From Chiloscyllium plagiosum (Eukaryota), in NCBI RefSeq assembly GCF_004010195.1, contig NC_057756.1:3959232-4023231 (forward strand): a DNA stretch of 64,000 nt, given 5' to 3'. Below the pieces are notes generated by a model. That model worked only from the letters and a program-made list of their open reading frames with translations. It was not told where the DNA came from and did no database searches. The position numbers were made by a program, and so were the translations under genes. Positions within the stretch are counted from its first letter, which is position 1, and every line of letters begins with the position of its first letter. Below are positions 55,641 through 64,000 of this stretch, piece after piece.

Positions 55641-57604
55641 AATGTGACAATATGCTCTGCAGTTACATATTAGTCTGACCATTCCACTCCAATGGATTCT
55701 AAATTGTATTGCTTACGACCTTCATTGAAAATCAGGTCACAATTAAAGATAACTTGCTTTCTCAGACTTTTTGCACAGAAGGTATATGAACAAATTTACA
55801 CAGTTTTCAGTTATTGCTATTCTGCAACAATGCACCTCCGGATCAATGTATATTGGAGCCAACACCATTGGTAACATGACAGAAGATTTGTCAGAATCAA
55901 CAATCTTTTGCAACGTCCAGAGTTTATCAGATACATTTAGTTTACATGCATTTAATTGAGTTCCTTGAACATTGACTAATTGCTGGTGGTGGATTATGGA
56001 GGCAGAGGTGCCTCATCTGTTCAGCACTTCTACCTCATATTCTATACATGAGGTTCCTATTTTTTTCAAATCATACGTGTTCCTCATCCATTGTTTAAAA
56101 TGTTGATATCGAAGTGTACTGTACAGTCTGTTATTTGCTTAATAACGCACCACCATGAAAAGCTGGATGTTCATTCGTTACGTGTTGTCTTCGTCTTGTC
56201 TGCACCATTCTTTTAGAGTTATCTCACTTGCGAGTGGCCTTTTAATATGTCTTATTATCTCCACGTTGAATCCTCCTCATTGGCTCAAACTCAGCTATTA
56301 AAAGTGAATATTGGACTAAAACAAAAATAAAACAGTTGCAAGAGGTTTTGCAAGGAAGCCAGAAAAGTCTATGCATTTGTGTATGGGATGATACCCATCA
56401 TCTTGGTGGTGGATGGAACGTTTTATATTACCAGCAGAATTTCGATGATTATGTCAGTGGTAGGTGTCTTTGGAATTGGCAAATTATTGATAGTTGGGTT
56501 TCCTCTTTTTGAAGCTGTGTAATATCACAAACCTGGTTACAGTGATCGGAATGTGCCCTTTACTTATCCAATACTGGGTACTGACTAGTTGTTGTTCCTT
56601 TTATAATTTTGGACCCTTGTCATTCATGGATTCGAGAGTGGTGCTGAATAATGTTTAATCATTAGCAAACATAATGACTGGTGAACTTACGATGGATGTA
56701 AGGAAAAGGGCGAAGTTACCATCAATGTTTTGGCTGTGGATTGTGCGCGATCTCATGCAGTGACAATCAGTGTGTTGATTTGTTGAACGCTTTCAGCGAA
56801 ACAGAATTTATATGAACAGTACTGTCGAAATGAAAATAAAAATTGAACTTGTAGTAATTTTCTACTAGAAAACATAACTGACCTGATACAGCAACTTAAG
56901 CATGGAACTATTCTAATCTTGCAACATTCCGTAAACACATCCCTTGACAAAAAGCTAAATTGAAGAACAGATTCTTAAAGCAGGAGAGAGCACTTGTCAA
57001 AGAGATTTCAGGGACAACATCAGTCAGTCATGAGGCATTCACTGAATCCTGCAATCTTTCCTGGAATTCAGTCTCTTTTGCCTGCCACAGCTAACCAAAC
57101 TAGTAAAAAAAAACCTGAAGTGAGAAAACTGACCATTCTCCTGAAATTGTTAAACTATGCACTTTGAAATTCCTCCACCATCCATCTTTTACGATCTCTA
57201 AAAAAAGCCCAAAAACATAATAACGTTGTTAAAGTGATAGCATCGTAGCGATATAAAATGTTGACAAAGCAAAACACAAAATCTACAATCCATTGCACAA
57301 GCTCATCTTGTACAGTGACTTCAAAACAAAACCCGCCTCTACATCAAATTCAGCAGATGCATTGCTGCACAGCGGCCCTGCAGTTCATCAACCAGACAGA
57401 AACAATCATGTTTTGTGTTATATTGCATTCCTTAAATGTAAATTCGTCATAATTCCCAAAATTCATCCGAAGCATCATTTGGGCCTTCACTACCTTGGAA
57501 GAAACATATGCCACTTCAAGATGCAAAAAAGTGAAGACAATGCCACGGCAAATTGATGATATGCTTTTTTCATTGACTATTGTTTATTAAAAATAAATAT
57601 TCAT

Positions 57605-57950
57605 TCAAAAGACATGGTTATCGCAGGCTAGGTCAGTATTTTTTGCTGGTCCCTAGTTTTTCAGATAACATTCAAGAGTCAACTACATTACTGTGGTTCT
57701 GCAATCAGGTATAGGACAGACCACGTAAATAGAGCAGATAATGCCCCTCAAGGACATTAGTGAACAAGACGGTGTTTTTCCATGCAATCAGCAACAGTTT
57801 CATTGTCATTATCGCACACTTAATTCTTGGTTTCTATTGAATTCATATTCCACCTTCTGCCACAACGGAATACGAACATAGATCACAAGAACAATACCTG
57901 AGTGTCTGGACAAATTGAAAAGGGCAAGTTTCACTATTCCTTTGTTTCCC
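57605..57950 (-). mobile_element. Old SINE-like repeat
   Basis: Begins with the reverse complement of a tail similar to 2555-2605; AAGGACATTAGTGAAC block. Confidence 0.5.
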
Positions 57951-59249
57951 TTAAGAACTACGAAAACAGAATTTTAATTTTGCACTTGCCATCAATGCTT
58001 ATTAAGGACTGATTGGTGTTCGGAGACATTTTGCAGAAAGTTTTTTTTTCCAAAGAGAGCATTTTGATTATTGTTTTAGGATGAAATTGCAGAGAGAGGT
58101 ATTGATGTGATCTTTATTTTGTTGGATTAGTTGAAACGTGATTGGGCTTGTGATTTGAGGAATATGTTTCAGCTTCCACCATGACAAGTGAGTTGAATCA
58201 TTTCTTTGGTGAAAACGACGATGGTATCCTGTGAAGAACCAGAGAATCCTTCAAAGAAAGCAATTTACCACCCTGACAGAATCGGGCCGTGACATCACTC
58301 AAACTCAAAAACAATCGATCAACAATTTTGTTGCTTGATCTAATTCAGAATTCTATGAAGTTCTAGACAACAAATAATCACAAGCAAGTTCAACCTTGGA
58401 GGCTTCACCGAATATCAAATGAATGTTATGAAGGAATGCTTCGTGTTTTTTGATCATTTGCAGAAGACTGAAATCTATTTTCTGATAGTCCGAGCACGAA
58501 ACTATATTTTTGTCCAATGAACAAAAAGTAATATCTTGATATAAGTTGGGTAAATATTTTACAATATTGGAAGGCTACGGAATCCCTAAAGTGTTTATTT
58601 TTGAAATAGTGAAGTGCACACTGTTTCTTCTATTTTAAATGACAATGAACATGGAATGAATTGAAGTTTAACATGAACAGTGGGCACTGCTGAGAACCAA
58701 AAGTGGAGGGTTTTGGGAAGATTCGGATCAGTCACCAGGACTGAGGAGGGGAATGCAGAAGAGCTATTGACAGTGAACGATGTAAGAGAATCAATCAGAG
58801 GCGGGTTCTCAGAAGCGAAATGTGAATTCTGGGAAGTAGCTACTCAGTCACCACATGCGAGGACGGGCGCACGGAGGAGATGCTGACAGCAAATGGTGCA
58901 ATACCAAACCAGAAAGGTGTTTCCTGAGAAGAGAGTGGCGATGCTTCAGCGAAGAATCAGCTCGGTCACCTGGAACGCACAGGAGCGAATTGTATACAGG
59001 TGAGCTACAGCAGAATCACCACTTTGGGAAGTACTGCTTTGTGGTACAAGGGCTGCTGAAGTTTTAAGTATAACTTTGATGAATTCTGGGCTTTTGTGAG
59101 ATGGGTAATAACAACGAAGTCATTTATTTGGCAAAGCAGTGAACAATTGCACCTTCTGAAAGGTCGAAGTCAAAGGTGAAATTGAAGAAAACGGAATCCT
59201 GACGTCGCAACCAGCAGATAAATGAATGGTTGATGACTAGCAAATAGTT

Positions 59250-61260
59250 TTTCTTTCTACTCATTCTCCTTTTGCTTTGCTGCTGTTTTTGTTAGGTTAA
59301 TTGAATGATTAAGTCTTGGCTGCAGATCCCAGATCCGTGTAATGCTCTTTCTGTGCGATGTGGGAATTCAGCGACCCTCCTGATGTCGCTAACGACTTCA
59401 AGAGCAGAAATCTTGCCCAACTGTGGCTCCTGTCTGACCGATGCATGCCTCTGCAGCTGTGGCTACATTCAATTTCGAGCATGTGCAAGGCTGCAGGAAT
59501 CATGCATAGCATATAAAAATTGCAAGGTCGATAAGCTATTGGTGACCACCAGAGAGAGGAATATGACAAAGGCAGTGCATGGGTCACTGGTTGTCCTGAC
59601 TGATGTCCACAAAGGCGTGAGAGGTATATTCAGTGCAGACAGCAAGCAGCTTTTTTGCCAAACTGGGGGACTCAATTACTAGGGGTCACAAGTTCAAGGT
59701 GAAAGGCGAAACGTTTAAGGGAGATATGCATGGAAAGTTATTTGCACAGATTGTGGTGTGTACCTGAAACGCATTGCCAGTAAAAGTGATAGAGTTGGGC
59801 ACTACAGCGACATTTAATACATAACCAGCCAAATACGTGAATGGGCAGGGAGTGGAGTGAGAAAGAACCTGAGAAAATAGGCTACAGTTTTATATATAGA
59901 TCCTGGATCGGCTCAGTTTGGAGGGTCGAAGGGTTCCAGTGTGGTCATTTTCTTTGGTGGGTTTTTATTATTGTCGTGTGCTACTAAGTGTTGGATTGGC
60001 AGGATTGGAAAGGTTAAAATTTGGCTTGAGGGATGATGCAAGAGAGGAAGTGAGAGTCAAATTCATTTCACTTTGAGATTGGTTCTGGTCAAGTTGGCAG
60101 CTGTGCAAACCAGAAGGTCTGCACCTGGGTAAGTTCCAAAGTCATGCTTGGACTGTTTGCTAGCGGTGTTAGAGTGGTTTAAAGCTAATATGGCAGGGGA
60201 GAAGAAGCAAAAACAGGTAGTTTAAGGATGGTATAGTGGGCTTAGTAACCAAAGGCAGAAATGGGAAAGTTGAAGACAGCGAAAGCAAAGGCTATAAAAT
60301 CGAAAATGGCAAACTTATATTGCAATGCTAAAAGGTCAATAAATATTTTATAAAAAGAAGCCTGAATGCTCTGTGTCTCAATTCGAGGAGCATTACACCA
60401 AGTTGGATGAATTAACTGTGCAGGCAGTTATTAGTGGATGTGATATAATTAGGATCATGGAGAACTGGCTCCAGAGTGATCAAGGATTGGTACTCAATAT
60501 CTTGGAGTATTCAACGTCCGGAAAAAATGGCCGAAATACCAGTTCGAGTATTGTTTACAGGTTGGTCTCTTAGCCTGAGGAAGGGCATTTTTGTGATGAG
60601 GGAGTCCAGCAAAAGTTCAAGAGACTGTTTTTGAAATAGTAGAGCTGATATCAGAAGGAAGACAGATTGACGAGGCTTCTATTCACGGAAATGTGGAAGA
60701 ATGGGGGAAATCCCTTTGAAAGATATAAAATTCTAATTAAACCGGACGTACTAGACGTGTGAAGAATGTTCCCTATATTGGGGAAGTCAATAAGTACGTG
60801 TCACAGTCTAAGAATAAGGCGTAAAACTGCAGACCTGATATATGTATTAACTTCTTCTCTCAGGGTGTTGTGAACCTGTGGAATGCTCCACCATAGAAAG
60901 CTGCTTGGGCCAGTTTGTTAGATATAATGGTATGAAGAGAAAGCTGGAGTGCTATATTGAATTTGCATCGACAGATATAATCATATTGATTGGTGATGCA
61001 GTATCAAATGGCCTACTGCAGTACTTAATTTTCTGTATCTGTTTTGCTCAAACTGGAAAGGAAATATCTCCAAATTTTCACATGAAACTAGGCTGAATTG
61101 CAGTGTGTGCTGTGAAGAGGATATAAATGTTCTGCAGATGAGTTGGACAGGCTACTGAGGGGACTCGTATTTGGCAAATGCAACATAATGTGCATAATAT
61201 GAGGTTATCTGTTTTGGTGACAAAACAGGAAGGTAGGTTATTTTCTGATTGTTGGCAGGA
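59250..61260 (+). mobile_element. Cluster of decayed CR1-type LINE fragments
   Basis: 3' ends near 59680-59950 and 60560-61030; endonuclease start CDIIRIMENWLQSDQGLVLNI (60373..60573). Confidence 0.75.
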
Positions 61261-61950
61261 ATATAAAAACATTACCTCAAAAAATTGCAAGCTGTCACTC
61301 GCAAAATATTCATGGATAATATATTCCAAAAAATTGAATTGACAAGGCAACAGATGTACGGGGACACAATTCTTCATCCTTTTACATAGAATTGTAAGAG
61401 CGGAATATACTGCCTGTTGCTTTCTTTCAAAATTTCGACGCTTCCCTCCTCAGTGGCACTAAAGATTGATAAGATTGAACTCGATTATTGGAATGGAAAT
61501 ATCTGAGCAAAAACCTCACAAGGGAATTGTGGATAATCGACGCATAATGGTGCAATGAAAGAAGTCCATATGTCCTAAATCAATTAAAATATATATCTAA
61601 TTCCTTATGTTGTTCATGCATTATTTAAACTAACTTTGTTAACGTGGCTTGTTCCAGGAAGCTGGGGGATGTTGACATTCCTCAGATATGAAGCATTAAT
61701 TTATAATCTAGCCACTGATTAATTCCAGTCCCTTTGGGAAGTTTCGGGAATTGCTGACTACTTTACGTGCATCAATCTTCTTGTTCCAAAACGTTTTCAA
61801 CGTGTGATTCAAGGAAGATTAAGCAAAACTTGTTACCTCTATGTATCACAGTGAAATGTTCCTTGTATCCACAAAACACTGAAGTCTCCAGTTTTCTATT
61901 AAAATTGAGTCGACATTTCAAGTTTTGAGAATCTTATGTTTTCTTCTCAG

Positions 61951-61986
61951 AAGCGAAGAAGTCAAAATTAGAGTTCGATGAATTAG
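61951..61986 (+). CDS. 36-nt phase-1/1 micro-exon 9, (E)AKKSKLEFDEL
   Basis: gttttcttctcag|AAGCGAAG...GAATTAG|gtaagc; ends in DEL like exon 5. Confidence 0.85.
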
Positions 61987-62809
61987 GTAAGCAGTGTTTG
62001 TAAATGGATTATTGGAAAATTTTGTGGTAGTTTGTTTAGAAACAGTGAAAAACTTCACATCCGGACGTACTTGTTGTAGTTATCTAAACTAATTAATCCC
62101 ATAGTTGTCAAGGACTTCGAGATTCTTCTGAATCATTGCAGCGCGCATCTCCTTGTGGTCTACACGTTATACAGCATATATGTAAACTTTGGATTTCACA
62201 CAAGGTTAATGAAAAATTCTGAATACAGAAAATGTTATGGTAAAACACGCCATTCTGCTGCCTCCTAAGATACCATCACCATGCATGTAATCGTTTTCCA
62301 TGAGCTGACACCTGGCATTTGTCTATTACATACTACTTGTCTACAATGCCAAAGAGTAACGGCTTGTATTCAATTCTATCCTCCACTCGAATAGACAGAT
62401 AAAGTACAATATATTGCTGAAAATAAAGTTTTTTTGTATCTTAAATGTCAGGCTTTGCATTGTTAAATTCATATACATTCCATATTTCCTGGACATCATA
62501 ATGGTGAAGAAAAAGGAAATAAATTGCAGTTGCCACCGTCTTACAAGCTATATAGCTACTTTATTATCAGGGAAAACCGACTGGTCGTGATAAAGCTTAA
62601 GGGTTACTACTCCTGAGGTGAGTGGAGATGAGAGGACAGTGTTCTTCATTGTGAGCTCACCCGTTTTCGCAGCTGAACCCATATTGTTAGCTTCACTCTA
62701 TATCACAAACTAGCCACCAAGCTTAATAGCTTTCACGAAGATAGCATATCAGTACAGAAAAGTGCAAATATTGTGCTATAACTTAAATGATTACATATTC
62801 CTACTTCAG

Positions 62810-62836
62810 AAAGTAAACTCAAGGACTGTCAGAAAG
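62810..62836 (+). CDS. 27-nt phase-1/1 micro-exon 10, (E)SKLKDCQK
   Basis: tattcctacttcag|AAAGTAAAC...CAGAAAG|gtgagt; consensus sites. Confidence 0.85.
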
Positions 62837-63689
62837 GTGAGTGGTACACAAACTTTAATTCCTTGACAAAATAATTCCTGAATAAAACAGTTATGTTTTA
62901 AGGATTATGATGTTTTAATTTGGAGCTTCCATTTGTATAGTTTTGTTTTCTGGGGATTAATGTAACTGTGTCGCCATTTCGGTAATCAGATATTGTTTAA
63001 GGAAAACTAATGTAAATTAGGGAGTCCCTCTTGATGTAATGAGGAAAATTTTATTAACTTACTTGTCAACATGAGGAACAGAGAAGTAATTTCTAGGTCG
63101 AAGGGACAATTTGTTCTCATTATCTTCTTATAATGTGAAAACCCCTATGGGTGCAAAAAATGTTTTACTTTAGGGTGTCTCAATGCGTGTAAAGATGGCT
63201 TGATTCTGTTTCGAAAAGAGAAATGCATTACCAGTGAACTGTGAGGAAATTTGTCATCACATTGCATTTCCATTTCAAATGTCGAGCCGAGAGGATTTTC
63301 ATTAGGACCATGTAATGGTTATTCAAAGTTGAGGAAACTGAAGTTCACTTTTTGATTTCACAATAAGGAATGCGCGTAATGTATTTGTGCAGAACATAAT
63401 AAATAGTTAATTCAAACATTAAGATGCAACAGGTTCTTTTTTTAGTGTTGGGAATTTTCAGTTTTTGATCTGATAGAACTAGGATTTTGCTGTTTGATTC
63501 GCAATCGACCAACTCATTTCTGTACATATTTTAGTTTAATCTATTCGGATCTTGTTCATTCAGGGCATTCACCGTTTATTTTGAATGCCCTAACTAATGA
63601 GGTCAAAGTCCAAATTAAGATCTATCTAGTCCAACAGTAACATCAGCCAGGGCCATAATGCAACCAAAAAGTGATTTATTTCTGTACAG

Positions 63690-63706
63690 ATTGTATCGAG
63701 AGATAA
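63690..63706 (+). CDS. Possible terminal coding exon segment, (D)CIER-stop
   Basis: tttatttctgtacag|ATTGTATCGAGAGATAA in phase 1; AATAAA at 63851-63856 downstream; no independent support. Confidence 0.3.
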
Positions 63707-64000
63707 CGATGATTTATTCTTTCAACTTATTCAATTTCATATCTGGAAGATCGAACAGAATTATTGATTTCTCATCTTGCATTTTTGTTGATTAGTGAAG
63801 TTATTGTAGCTTCAGTATTTATCTCAACGAAACAAAGATTGTGAAGATACAATAAAGAATGTATAACACTGATTGTCGAATGTCAATTGACGTATCAATT
63901 AGGAGGGATTCTGTAAGATTGCAGTACTAGTTTCTTCCTTTCTGAATGTGACTCAAGAAATGAAGATAATACTATAAACAGTTAAGTACAACTGTCGATC

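Noticed and set aside
62040..62066. 27-nt open segment after exon 9
   Set aside because: Would need a 53-nt intron and has a very weak donor
62571..62617. Exon-like segment ending GAG|gtgagt
   Set aside because: 47 nt, frameshifting, and looks like an old interspersed repeat remnant
1..64000. Prokaryotic systems such as CRISPR arrays or operons
   Set aside because: No spaced direct-repeat array or dense coding structure; the sequence is vertebrate intronic DNA

Overview
Non-bacterial, AT-rich vertebrate genomic DNA with a repeat content typical of a shark (HE1-type tRNA SINEs, HER1/CR1-type LINEs, Penelope-like elements; a bamboo-shark-like species is my inference). No long intact ORF is present and the supplied ORF track is mostly decayed transposon sequence or noise. 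Across the whole window I read a + strand gene made of at least ten symmetric phase-1 micro-exons of exactly 36 or 27 nt (1345 to 62836). They splice without a stop into a 102-aa heptad coiled coil, possibly ending at a stop exon near 63690. The architecture resembles the cytoplasmic heptad exons of butyrophilin and chicken B-G genes but uses 12- and 9-residue modules. The introns hold many decayed CR1 LINEs, Gmr1-like Gypsy relics (integrase before RT), Penelope GIY-YIG fragments, and short palindromic elements with minimal hammerhead ribozyme motifs and target-site duplications. Repeat boundaries are approximate.
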